DNA of 63,848 nt, counting the filler, from Basidiobolus meristosporus CBS 931.73 (lineage: Eukaryota > Fungi > Basidiobolomycota), in NCBI GenBank assembly GCA_002104905.1. It is 4 parts of 4 records of this genome, joined end to end, with 100 filler letters (N's around TTAATTAATTAA, not from the genome) between each part and the next. Parts side by side here need not be neighbours in the genome. Positions count along the whole stretch, not along the records: positions 23,567 to 42,840 come from MCFE01001038.1; 3 more parts are not named here. One strand, 5' to 3'. This document shows, in pieces, positions 26,091 to 38,185 of the stretch. The notes beneath the pieces were generated by a model that was given only the letters and a program-made list of their open reading frames with translations, ran no database searches and was not told where the DNA came from. The stretch's first letter is position 1. Each line of letters opens with the position of its first letter. The position numbers were made by a program, and so were the translations under genes.

Positions 26091-27965
26091 TAGGAGGGGA
26101 GACAGTCACCAACAGGTGAAATCTTTATTTCAGTTGAAACAAAGAAGCCAGTGCTACTGTTGTAGCTTTGATACAAGCATGTGTAGCTGAGGGGAGTTTG
26201 TAGGTAAGTTAATAAGAAGTGATGATAGTTCTTCAGTGCTCAAGACACTGCTCAGTGGGAGGGGGGGGGGGTAGCAAGAGAGGTAAGAATGACTTGTGAA
26301 CAACATTAATGAGGGGAATGTGACAAGGATTGATATTCATCATAAAGGGAGTGTGCTGCTGCAGATATTGCTGCCAAAGGTCTGTTAAGTACTTCAGGTA
26401 GGCCAGCTTGGGTTTTTCTGACTGCAGAATATAATGAGCAAACTTCTTGACTTCAGGATATCCAAGTATAGTTCTCCAGCAGGAGCCAGGTGTAGTGTGG
26501 TGTGTTCTCTTCCAGGCCTTGATTAGTGGGTTGTTGCAGTGGTGAGGTCTGAGATATAATCTGGTTCTAAGGTAGAGAAGTCTGATCTTATAGGGCATAA
26601 ACCCAAAAGCACAAAGAATAGCATGTCTGTAGGGGCATTCAGGCAAATGAGGCACCAAGGAGGTAATGCACCATACTGCAAACTTGTCAAGCTTAGTGCA
26701 GTCTCTGAAGTAAGAGAGAGTAGTGGTAAGCCAAATTCCAGGACAGGGAAGACAAACTGCTTGAGTACAAGGAGGCAGCTGGGAGCTGAAGTTGTAGGAG
26801 GAGTAACAGCCAGCTGCTTGTAGAGTGCCTGTCTTGCCAGGATAATTCTCTTCTTCAGATGTGCTCCAGAATCTAGTCCAGTAGGAAGGAAAGGAAATCC
26901 AAGATATGTAGCAGAAACCTGAGCAGGTAGAGTGGAGTTCTCCAAGTAGATGGGACAGCCCAAAGGTACTGTCTTTGCAATGGAAAGCTGAAGATTATTC
27001 TTCTGCAGATACTGGTGGATGGTCTGGGAGTCTTGTTGCACATTGGAGGAGGATATTCTAATGTCATCAGCAAAGAGAGTAACCAGGCAGTCAGCTGAGA
27101 GTCTTGGGAAATCATTCAGGAAGATGGCAAATAGTATAGGACCAAGCACAGAGCCTTGAACCACTCCATTAGGAACTGAGAACACAGCTGATTGCTCACT
27201 CAGGTGTAGAATTCTTGCTTGTGGATCCAGAAACAGAGACCTGACAAGGTGGGTGAGAGAGATATTGGAGAAGCATTGCAACTTGGACCAAAGCAGATTT
27301 CTGTCAACTGAATCAAAGGCCTTAGAAATATCAAACAGAACAGAAGGATACTTGCACTGGAGAGAATGATCTTGGCTAAGTATGACTGCATATTCCAACA
27401 AGAGGCCAGGAACAAAGCCAAATTGTGCAGGGTGAAACTTGAGGGAGTCAGAGTAGAGCTCCTGAGTAACCAGAAGCTCAAATACCTTTCTGCAGGTGGG
27501 CAGCAGAGATATTGGCCTGTAGGGGCTAGGATCCAGGTGCTTTCCTTTACCCTTGTATAGTGGCAGAACATTGGCAAAGGACCATTCCTCAGGAGTAGAA
27601 AGCTGGGCTGAGCATTGCTGAAGCAGTGGAAGCAGAAGTGCAGTCATGGCCTTGGTGCTAGTCTTCAGAAGCCCATAGGAGATTGTGTCCACACCTGGGG
27701 CAGTAGAGTTGGGAAGCCTCTTGAGCACATTATGGATTCTCTCTTGATCAAGTGCAAGTGGGATGGGCAGAGTCTTGAAGTCAGGATGAAAGCCAGGAGT
27801 TGAGTACTGCTTTGTAGAGAAGAAGATGTTAGCCAGATGTTCTGTTTAAGGTAACTTCCTGGAAGAGGGCCTCATTGCCCTGTAGAGTCTTGACACTGTT
27901 CTTGTTACAGAGTTGGAATATTGCAGAGGCAAAGAACTCATAATATGGTCCCCAAGCTGAGTATT
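26091..27965 (-). mobile_element. Telomere-associated non-LTR-type RT cassette, subfamily B; reconstructed ORF about 570 aa (ATG 27941 to stop 26233), with one stop (27846-27848) and one frameshift (~26712)
   Basis: STAPGVDTI, WSFANVLPLYKGKG, YRPISLL, QFGFVPG, DISKAFDSVDR, GVVQGSVLGPILF, LFADD and YLG motifs. The C-terminus is homologous to subfamily A. Double-hairpin 3' end at 26092-26152. Confidence 0.9.
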
Positions 27966-28058
27966 AGGGGGGATGATAATCACCACAGGGTGAAATCTTT
28001 ATTTAAATCATAAATAAAGAAGCCAAATTCAAACATGAATATTTGAGATGCAGTAAGC

Positions 28059-28859
28059 CTACAAGATAAACTTGGACTTTGCTGTATCCCAAATATCCTC
28101 AATACTGAAGTCTAGTGGAGTATGTAGCAAAACTGCCTGTTCACTGTAGTATTTCTTGAGGAAGTTTGTGACTTGAAGGGAAGGAGAGTTTTTCAACAAG
28201 CTGGTAAACCTTTTGAGCAGTTCTTTTTCCAGAGAGAATGAAACAAAGAGTGGAATGTCCAAATGATGTCTGAATATATGCTCTGAGAGCTCCCAATCCA
28301 GCATATTTTTGACTTCTTCTGCAAAATCTTCAACAATATCTTTGTCAAGAATAACTTCCAAGAGATCCCTGGCAATGTACTGAATGTTAATAATCTTAGG
28401 TATATGAATACCTAGGTCCTTGCAGTAGTTTCTTTGTTCTGAAATTGGGAGATAGCCAGCATTTCTGAAATAGCAAACAGCCCAATTGGCAGTAGGAGGA
28501 GTATCAGGGCTGACAGGGAATCTTCTTCTGGCTTTAGGGTGCACTGGCTTAGGTGACTTTCTTGTTGAAAGGGCAGCTGGCTTTGGATGAGCTTGAAGTG
28601 CTTGGGAGTATGTCTGAGTATGAATGGCAGGAGTTGCTGGTTGCTGACAGTGGTCAGATTGACTGGAAGAAGAGCTGGTTGAGGGGTTGCAAGGTAAGGA
28701 AGAAGCTGAAAGAGAAGTAGAGAGTGCTGGGTGAAGTTCAGAGAGAGTTTTGAAAAGAACCTGGATCTGAGATTTCAACATTGAGTTTTCAGCTCCAAGA
28801 AGAGAAACTCTTTGTTCAAGATAAGAAGTCTGTAAAGAGTGAAAGTTGGGTAAAGACAT
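28059..28859 (-). CDS. ORF1/Gag-like protein (266 aa) on its own cassette (27966-~29150) with the shared 3' double hairpin
   Basis: Intact ORF with an N-terminal coiled coil (LEQRVSLLGAENSMLKSQIQVL), Ser/Pro linker with TYSQAL, and an alpha/beta block (WAVCYFRNAGYLPISEQRNYCKDLGI..IINIQYIARDLLEVIL) reminiscent of fungal LINE ORF1. The stop is ~30 nt from the hairpin end. A second copy of the 3' part lies at 41396-41645. Confidence 0.65.
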   Translation of the reverse strand: MSLPNFHSLQTSYLEQRVSLLGAENSMLKSQIQVLFKTLSELHPALSTSLSASSLPCNPSTSSSSSQSDHCQQPATPAIHTQTYSQALQAHPKPAALSTRKSPKPVHPKARRRFPVSPDTPPTANWAVCYFRNAGYLPISEQRNYCKDLGIHIPKIINIQYIARDLLEVILDKDIVEDFAEEVKNMLDWELSEHIFRHHLDIPLFVSFSLEKELLKRFTSLLKNSPSLQVTNFLKKYYSEQAVLLHTPLDFSIEDIWDTAKSKFIL

Positions 28860-29574
28860 GGAAGAAGTAGATAATAAGAAGAAAGGAGTAGTTGGGGTGG
28901 GAGGGTGGGAAAATAGTTAAGAAGAAAAGTGAGGGTGTAGGTGTTATAGTAAGGGCTAGGAAAAGGTTAGAAGAGCAGGGGGTCTGGGGGACACAGTCCC
29001 CTAGAGAATAAAAAAGCAGGGGGTTTGGGGGATGCAATCCCCCATACTGCTCCCATACTCTTTAAATTCCCGTTGGATTACTTTTCTCTCATTCTTGGTT
29101 CTGGTCCCTCAGGGTTAGAATTCCTCCTCCTAACCCTTATCACCCTAACCATAAATATTTTTACCCTACAATTGGCACATTGTCTGCTCATATAGTGGGC
29201 ATGTCTGGGCCAATATTTGTCTCTCTATACTGTCCATATGCTCTGTATAAATCTTGATGACTATTTAATTAATAAATTGTTATTTTTAATGTATATCTAA
29301 TAATTAATGGGATTCATCCCAATCTGACCACAATCCCATATTTTGATAAGCTTTGGGCACCATAAATTGCGCAGCCCTAATATGATAAAAAAATTCATGG
29401 CCAATACAAATTTTCTGTAACCCAATTGCTTTTACCAAATATAAAGTGTATCCCAAAGTTCAATATATATTATGGCTATAATAGAAACTTTATTTGACAC
29501 CATTGCAACTACTACTTATGTTCTATGTGCACATGTATCCCGCGGGAATTGTAAAACTTAGCCACGTGGTACAA

Positions 29575-30115
29575 AAGTGCTTTTATTTTTCATCATGATA
29601 GTTTACATGAGTTCCTAACACACTTTGAAAGTACGCAGTAGCCATACCCTAACAGGTTTTAAGGATGTCCACTAGCTATGTCTACTTGTGTCTAGCGGGA
29701 GCCATCAATCATCAGCCGTGCAATACTGAAATGCTTTTATTTTTCATCATGCTAGTTTTGTATGAATCCCTAACGCACTTTCATAGTGCGCGGTAACCAT
29801 ACCCCAACAGGTTTTAAGGATACCCACTTGCTACATTTACTTGTGTCTAGCGGGAGTTATCAATCATCAGCTGCGCGGTAATGAAGTGCTTTTATTTTTC
29901 ATCATGATAGTTTTACATGAGTCCCTAACGCACTTTTATAGTGCGCGGTAACCATACCCCAACAGGTTTTAAGGATACCCACTTGCTACGTTTACTTGTG
30001 TCTAGCGGGAGTCATCAATCATCAGCTGCGTGGTAATAAAGTGCTTTTATTTTTCATCATGATAGTTTTACATGAGTCCCTAACACACTTTTATAGTGTG
30101 CGGTAACCATACCCC
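29575..30115. repeat. Tandem repeat, ~155-bp unit x ~3.5, with a degenerate extension to ~30190
   Basis: TGCTTTTATTTTTCATCATG recurs at 29578, 29732, 29887 and 30042 (period 154-155). Confidence 0.92.
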
Positions 30116-32559
30116 CAGAAAGTAGTGTGGATGCTTACTTTAAACGCTCACTTGTGTATTGTACGGACTATCAACAAACAGCCGCGTGGGAATGGAACAT
30201 CATAGAAAAGCATTGCTTTGTTGTTAGCAAGTATTGATGCGCAAATAGTGGTACTATGTGAATTATTGAGTAACTATTTACTCTAGTTGGTTCCAAGATA
30301 TTCCTAGACAATATGCTCAAAATCAATATTAGCATCAATAGCTTGCTCTTTGATCACTAAACCACTGCACCCAATATGCGGTGGCCTTGGTTTTGTCTAG
30401 CCGTTGAGGAATGAAACCAGAGTACAGTCACAAGAGAGGCAAAAGTGAAATGTGATGAAGTAAGTGTATATGAAAGTAATATAAATCTACAGGACAGAAG
30501 AGAACAACTAGTAGTTAAACAGCACTCACTGACACTCCACTGAGTAGAGCACCAACACGGACAATAAACAAGTCATGAGGGGAAAGCTTAAGGACCGCTA
30601 CTTGGGGATCAAGACCAAAAGAGGAAGCTGCCTCTACCATAGCAGTCCTCGTGCTCCAAAGGAAGACCAAGAGTCTATTATAGACAAAGATTGCGGCAAG
30701 AAGAGCAGTACAATTACCAGTTCTGGTAGTGGTACCTTTGGAAGTCCCAAATACCTGGAGAAAACTTGGAAAAAATTGGCAGATGGCTCAGTTGTCCTGA
30801 GGAGAAAATGAACCAATGCGATTGAGCAGTTCCAAAACAAACTTCAGCTTAGTTCTTCTTTGCCTCACTATAAAGTACTCCAAGTGGCTTATTTGGATTA
30901 TAAGCGTATGAAGGAGAATCAGGCAGAGACTGATAAATTAAGTGATAGTCAATTGCATCACTTCTTAGATCAGGTAGAGAAACAGTTGCACAGCCAAGAG
31001 ACGGAACAAGAATTGACAATTACAGAAACCAGATAATTTTGCCAATGTAGTTTTGCATTTTAATAAAATAAAAGGGTGTTAATAAGAACAGAATAAAGTT
31101 AACTTATGTGTACATCAAATGATTCAAATACTGGCTAGATGGATGTTACGTAGGAGCAAGAAGCTCAGTAACCTCAAAGGAAAGATATGATGAATGGGCC
31201 ACCAACATCATCCAAATGAGTATAAAAGTGGAGAAAGGAGACATAATCCTTCATAAAAAACAAGAAGCATGGAAGCAGGCAGTAGCCGGGTAGATGCCAG
31301 GAGTGAAGGTAGAGTACAAAGAGAGCGAGGAAGGGGACAAGGATGCGGAAGAGAACGTGGAACTGGGCGCAGAAGAGGAAGAGGGCAAGGAAGTGGCCAA
31401 ATCCAAGAGGAGCGTGAAGGAGGTGTTGCAGCAAACATGGATGATGCTGAGCAAGTTGCTGTAGTCACTACCAGGCGGCCAGTCAACCAAGTTTCCCAAG
31501 CATTGTCAGAGGTTTAACAAGAGCTTCCGGAATATAGGACAACATTGCACCATGAGATATTGCAACGTATGTGCCAGGAGATTAAACAGAGGAGGGGTGA
31601 TATTGTAAAGCTAAATCGGGATATTGCTGGACTTCAAGCCCAGATTGATTTCAGTTTCCACCATTCTACTGAGGCATTAGTGGCACAAATGGTGGAAAAG
31701 TTTGCCCGCATCAGGGCAAGCAATGAGCAGGGTGCATCTTCCAGCCCAGGTGTACTTGCAAGCAACAGTATTGGAGGGGATACTACTTCCTCCCTCAAAC
31801 CTACCACAAGCCAAGAGACAAGAGCAGAATCCTCCACAACAATGAGAATGGCCCCCACGCAGGTTAATATGGAAGTGTGCAAAAAAGACGTGGAGAAGCA
31901 GAGTGGGGATACTATAGGCCAACCAGAAACTGTAATGGAGGCGGAGAGACCAAGTCATATTGTCATCTTAAAAATACCACAGGTTGATTCATCGCTATCA
32001 CTTCCCCCATCATCACTATCTGTGCCCCCATCACCACCGCCATCCTCTGGCTAACTTGAGTAAATAAAGAATTTCCACCATCCCAAATCAATGAATTGAC
32101 AAGTAATAAGTTGAACTGATAAGATTGACAATTTACAGACTAATATATGTAAAGTATGTAGTACTTAAGAGCTTTCAAGTTGTGGTGTATTATCAAGTAT
32201 TCACCGTCACATAAATCACGCCGCAGTTGTTGTATCCCTATCCCAATGGCATTAGAAGCCAGCAGTTACAAGGAGCATTGGAAAAATTTTGGCGTTTACC
32301 TGGCAACGGTAGCAGGTGTAACAAAACGCAGCTATTGCTCAATGACCATTACCCTGTCTATGAGATACTTGCTATTATATGGAGGGTATTCTGTTGAGCA
32401 CTTTCAAGACAGCAAAATATCACCGCCTTATGATGAGCATATAGCTGAAGAAACATCCGGCCGTGGAATACTCTATGAGCCCAGCTCAAAGGTTCAAATG
32501 ATTCACCTTGCAGATCTACACGGTGATGAAGACATCACAGTGACAGTTCTCCCAACTCC

Positions 32560-34050
32560 AGACAACATATCAACTACAGAGGCAGCCAAAGGGGTGATTT
32601 TAATTGGCAACAGCTGTGCTAGTGACCACAAGAATCTCTACATATATGGTGGTTTTGAGCTGAGCCATAGAGAATACTCAGGGCGACATGAAAGTGCCAA
32701 AAAACGGGGGAAAAAGCAATACAAAGCAAGAGTGGGGAGACAATCAATAGAAGACTGAGCAAGCTGGAGGTAATCACGTACAAAGATGGCAATGGATGCT
32801 CCAGAGTATTGGAGACAAGGCCATTCCTGAATAATCCGGCAAATATGCCTTCAGCAAGAGGTTGGGCAGTTCTTACATACGCATTTGATTGCTTATTCTT
32901 GCTGGGCGGCTATCCTACACCATTGGAACCACCTTATACCCAACCAAATGGGAGTTTTTTAAACAAGTTCTACTGTTTAAAATTGCAAACTGGTGATTGG
33001 GAAAGACGATATGTACACTCAGCAATACAGGAGCTTGGAGAAAACTTTATTGCTGTGGTAAACAAGTATGGCAACCAAATCCAATACATCAACAATGCAA
33101 ATGTTACATTCACCTATGATGTCAATAATCAGATCTGGATTTACCCTCCCAATCCAAGTCAGGAAGAAATGAGTACAAAGCAGCTACTAGGGTGCATTCT
33201 TAATGAATTGGCAGCAATCTCTCAGCGGCATGAGAGGGAAGGCAAAGGAAGTGCTGAGACTGAAAATATCTTACGGCATAGTGCCCATGGTCTTACTGTC
33301 CCACTTGGGAACCATCAAGCATTTGGCGTACAATGGCTGATGTATACAGAGGCCATCCATAAAGGAGCATTGCTTGCCAATTCCATGGGACTTGGAAAGA
33401 CATTGCAGATATTAAGTCTCATATTGGAGACACCTGAGCAAAGGCCAAATCTTATTGTTGTCACGCTTGGAATACTTCTCAATTGGGTGATGGAGATAAA
33501 GACAAAAACAAGGATATCCAATGAAGAGCTTCATGTATTTCATGGAAAATTCCAAGCTATCAAGAAGTCAGATATGGAGACTAAGAGGATTGTGCTCACC
33601 ACCTACCACACACTATGTGTTGAAGCAAGGAACCCTGATTTGCCTATATGGAATGTGAAATTTGGCCAAATAGTGGCCAATGAGGCAGATACACTTAAGA
33701 ACTACAAAGGCGGTAGCTTAAACACAGTGAGTAAAATTGATGGAGAATCCTTGATACTTGTCACTGCCACCCCATTCCAAAATGAGATTATGGATCTTTA
33801 TTCATATTTCACATTATTCAATCTATGGGAAGGCATTCCAAAGGATTTCCATCAACTCCTACTTGAGGAGGCCAATGCAAACAGGCTAGTTGAATGGGTT
33901 GTAGAAAGACTTGGCCCATTAATATTGAGACACGTTCCAGAGTCGCAAATATTTGGAGAACAAACAGTATCCATGCCTAGTATTCAAGAGCAGATTGTCT
34001 TGTGCCAATTCTTGCCGGAGGAGCTGCAGGAGTACAAACAGCTGCAGTAA
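32560..34050 (+). pseudogene. Kelch-like repeats fused or adjacent to an SNF2-family (RAD5/RAD16-like) ATPase N-terminal lobe; catalytically degenerate
   Basis: Kelch-like KNLYIYGG and PSARGWAVLTYAFDCLFLLGG. SNF2 motifs HQAFGVQW, GALLANSMGLGKT, LIVV, IVLTTY, IVANEAD (DEAH box lost) and LVTATPFQNEIMDLYS. The helicase C-terminal lobe is not seen. Confidence 0.75.
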
Positions 34051-34595
34051 AGTCTTCCAGAGGAAGTTGGTTGGATGGGTGCAAATACCTATCTGCGTCT
34101 GTACTCATGCCATCCATATATATATACCTGGAGCAGGAAGAGGAATCAACTGAAAAAAGCGGCTGATGCTAGCATTGTCCAAGATGTCAAGATGAGTGAG
34201 GATGATTTTCTACCTGAGATTGATGAGGATCTTGAGGCGGTTGCGGTTGAGGTTGAGGAGCAGCTTCAAGAGATTAATAGCAAAGAGGTTGACAGCTTGT
34301 TGTGCATCAACATTTAAAACTTAGCCAATTTTACTCCATTTGAAAATTTAGTACCCTAACTGATTTTCCCTAACCCAAACATAACAAATCCCAGTTACAG
34401 TTTATTTTATCCCACCTCAGAATCTATTTTTAGCTATCACACCTGATCTATTTTCAAATGGTCATTACGTTATCAACCTATCTGCCAAGCCTTCCCAGGT
34501 GATTAGTCATCTGAGATCTATCCAACCATGGTGCAGTTGCCAAGACATCAGTTGATTGATGATGTAATTTTCATTTATATTATGCACCTATGAAC

Positions 34596-37500
34596 TGTTG
34601 TAAAAATTTGTATTTCCACCTAAATATTCACCTAACTTAGTCACTTAGATCATCACCTTCAAATCCTAGAGAATACTGACCAAATTCCTTGTCGGGATTT
34701 ACTTAGAATATTTTCACCAAAATACCAGGTACCCAGAACATGAAAATTCTCAAAGTTGTCCAAACAGCCCGAAACTTTGCACACATGCTCTTGGGACCTT
34801 CCTTAACCTATTCTACGTGTTTGTAATGCCAAGACCAGGTAAAAGTATAAATACCACTTTTACATTCAATAAATCATTAAGTGAAAACCACATAATCTAC
34901 TTGTTTTCCCAATCACTTCCAATATCTCCAAGACTCTTACAACAGGTTATGAGCCCCGAGCTGTCACTCTCTGCAATGTCTACTACTGCTATTACTGGAA
35001 TTTTTCCCTCTGCTGAAAAGTTGGATGGCTCTAACTACCAAGTGTGGAAGGTGAAGATGAAGATGCTGCTACAAGAAAGAGGCCTTTGGGATATTGTCAT
35101 GGGAGAAGAATGCCCTCCTAAAAACGTGGGAGAGGAAGCCTTAAAGTACCAGAAGAAAGAACAAAGTGCCTTTAACTGCATTTGCCTTAATGTCAAGGAC
35201 AAATTGCTAATTCAATGCTCAAGAGCAAAAACGGCAAAGAATGCCTGGAAGGCATTAGAAGACACCTACCAGTCATGTTCAGCTGCCAAGAAAATGTATC
35301 TGAGAAGAAAATTCTTTACTACAAAGATGCTGCCAGGAGAAGAAATGAAAAATCTAATTAACAGAATTACCCTGCTGGTAGATGAGATGGAATCTGTGGG
35401 CGTACCAACTACTGATGAGGATGTGATAGTTACCATCCTGAATAGCCTGACAGACGAGTTTCAGGGCCTTGTATCAGCCCTAGAGTCCAGAACTGAAGAT
35501 TTGACCTTAAATTACGTATATGGAAGGCTCCTGGATGAAGAATTAAGAAAATCAAGCGCCAATAAGAAGGAAGAAGAAAATGCTTTAATAAGCAATGATA
35601 ACCAACAAAGGAGGTACCCAAGACCCTACAAAGGCAACAGCAACCTATTTTGCAACTACTGCAAAAGGAAAGGACACACATCAGACCGGTGTTTCAAAAA
35701 GAGAGATTATCAGAAAAAGAAGCCTGAATATGGAAATGCTGCAACAACTGAAGATAGACTATTCATATCTGCACTAAATATGACCACAAACAAGGATTCT
35801 CAGACATGGTATATTGACTCTGGAGCTTCTCAACACTTTACACACCAAAAAGAACTTTTTACCCAATATCAAGAAATTCCAATTAAGAAGGTTTTCATGG
35901 GTGACGATAGAACACTTGATGCAGTGAGAGAAGGAACTATCCAAGTAAACCTAAGAAGCAGTGAAGGAAGCCATACACTGACCTTTAAAGAAGTACTCTA
36001 TGTACCAGAAATAGCCAAGAACCTACTCTCTGTAAGCAAGGCCACAGCAGAAGGACTCAGTTTCAGCTTTGACAATTCTGGATGCAGGATCACTGATCAA
36101 AATGGTGCCCATATTGCTTCGGGCATCAGAGATCAGAACCTATACAAGTTGACTTATATTCCATCATATTTGGAAGCCAATATAAGTAACTTAAATGAAG
36201 AAACACCAATGCTTTGGCACAGGAGATTTGGACACATCAATTTTGATTATTTGCGTAAAATGATCAAAGATCAGCTAATTTCTGGAGTGAAAATTGATCC
36301 CCCAGCTATTTTGGAGCACTGTGAAGCCTGCATATATGGGAAACAAGCCAGACAACCGTTCAAGAGCTCTGGGTTAATCAAAACTAAGAAAAAATTAGAT
36401 CTAATTCACTCAGATCTGTGTGGACCTATGCAAAATTTATCCTTAGGCGGGATGAAATATTTAATCACTTTTATTGATGATTATACAAGATACACATGGG
36501 TCTACTTCATGGAGAGAAAGGAAGAAGCTCTGTCTAAGTTCAGGGAGTTTAAAGCCATGGTGGAGAGAGAAACTGGTGAAAAAATCAAGAAAATACGCTC
36601 TGACAATGGTGGAGAATATACCTCAAAACTCTTCATCCACTTCTGCAAAATTCATGGGATAGAGCAAGAGACTACTGTACCATACTCCCCACAGCAAAAT
36701 TGGGTAGCAGAACAAGCTAACAGATCAATAATTGATATGGCAAGATCTATGATCCATGATCAAAAATTATCCTATGATTTTTGGGCGGAATCAGTTGCCA
36801 CTGCTGTATATCTTAAAAATAGGAGTTATAACAGAATACTTCATGATTCTACTCCATTTGAAGCATGGTATGGATACAGACCAAGTGCAGAACATCTAAG
36901 AATATTTGGGTGTACAGCATATGCCAAAAAACTGGCCGGAAATCAGTCAAAATTTGAGCCAAAAAGTGTAAAATGCATATTTTTGGGCTACTGCAATGAG
37001 AGTAAGGCATACAGACTCTACAATACCAAAGCAAAGAAGCTGATCAAGTCCAGGGATGTGTTGTTTGATGAAAATTTGAAATTTTCACAAAAAATGACAT
37101 CAGATGATGACAAAAATTTGATCTCAAGTCCACCAATTGTCAGGATTGAATCAGAGCAAAACAATGAAAATTTTTTCACTCCAGAGGACTCTACAACCGT
37201 GGTTCAGCCAGAATCAGTGCCCAGGAATATCCCAGAAGTGATCATTCCAGTATCAAATGCCCGGTGATCAAATCGGACAAGAAATAGCCCAAATTACTAT
37301 ATCAATGAGGGTACAAACTTAGCCTATGCCTATTCAGTCCATATTGATGAACTCCAGACTGTAAAAGAGGCCCTAAATAGCCCTCAGACAAAGTTTTGGA
37401 AATCTGCAATGACTGAGGAATATCAGGCCCAAATTATCAATCAACCAAAAATCAATTGGATGCAGATGGGTCTTCAAGACAAAATACAAGGCTGATGGCA

Positions 37501-38185
37501 CAATTGAAAGATACAAAGCAAGACTTGTAGCCAAAGGATACTCTCAAACAAAAGGACTTGACTATACTGAGACCTTTGCACCGGTAGCCAAGTTTAATTC
37601 CATCAGATTAATATTGGCAATTGCAGCCAAATATAAGTTTTTTATTCATCAAATGGATGTAAAAACTGCATTTTTGAATGGAGAACTTGATGAGGACGTG
37701 TATATGGGCCAGCCTGATGGGTTTGTTGACCAAAATAACCCCCATTTGGTCTGCAAGCTTAAAAAGTCACTATATGGTCTCAAACAATCACCAAGAGCCT
37801 GGAATTGCAAGATAGATTCTTATTTGGAATCTTTGAGTTTCAAAAGGAGTAATGCTGACTATAGTATATACTATAAGCCAGATAGAGCAAGTCCAGTTCT
37901 ATTAGCTCTATATGTGGATGATCTTATATTAGCCGCCAATAACCTAGAAACATTGGAAGAGACTAAATCCAGCCTATCTAAGGAGTTCAAGATGTCCGAT
38001 CTAGGAGAACTTAGTTACTACTTAGGGATTAAGTTCTCCATAGACAGAAGTACCCAGACTATTACCCTAAGCCAATCCAAGTATATTCAAGATATACTAA
38101 ACAAGTACAAAATGGAAGACTGTAAACCGGCAGCTACCCCAATGGAGACAAACCTTAACTTGGTCAAAACTCAACCAAATCAAGA
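34596..38185 (+). mobile_element. Ty1/copia element: 5' LTR 34596-34944, gag-PR-IN ORF to 37267, RT to 38185; 3' part lost
   Basis: GAG-pre-integrase LWHRRFGH..CEAC, integrase HSDLCGP/DDYTRYTW/RSDNGGEY, RT RYKARLVAKGYSQ, QMDVKTAFLNG and LYVDDL. No RNaseH or 3' LTR: the sequence switches to the telomeric cassette at GTTAGGG (38186). Confidence 0.95.

Noticed and set aside
29860-30060. Hammerhead or box C/D snoRNA in the 155-bp repeat (minus strand has CTGATGA, ATGATGA..CTGA, and a 9-nt match to 18S CGCGGTAAT)
   Set aside because: There is no stem II/GAAA geometry for a hammerhead. The rRNA match is only 9 nt, varies among copies, and no terminal D box is present; likely chance.
30575-32054. 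Short coiled-coil or low-complexity ORFs before the Kelch-SNF2 relic
   Set aside because: They may be fragments of the same decayed element, but no motif supports a product call.
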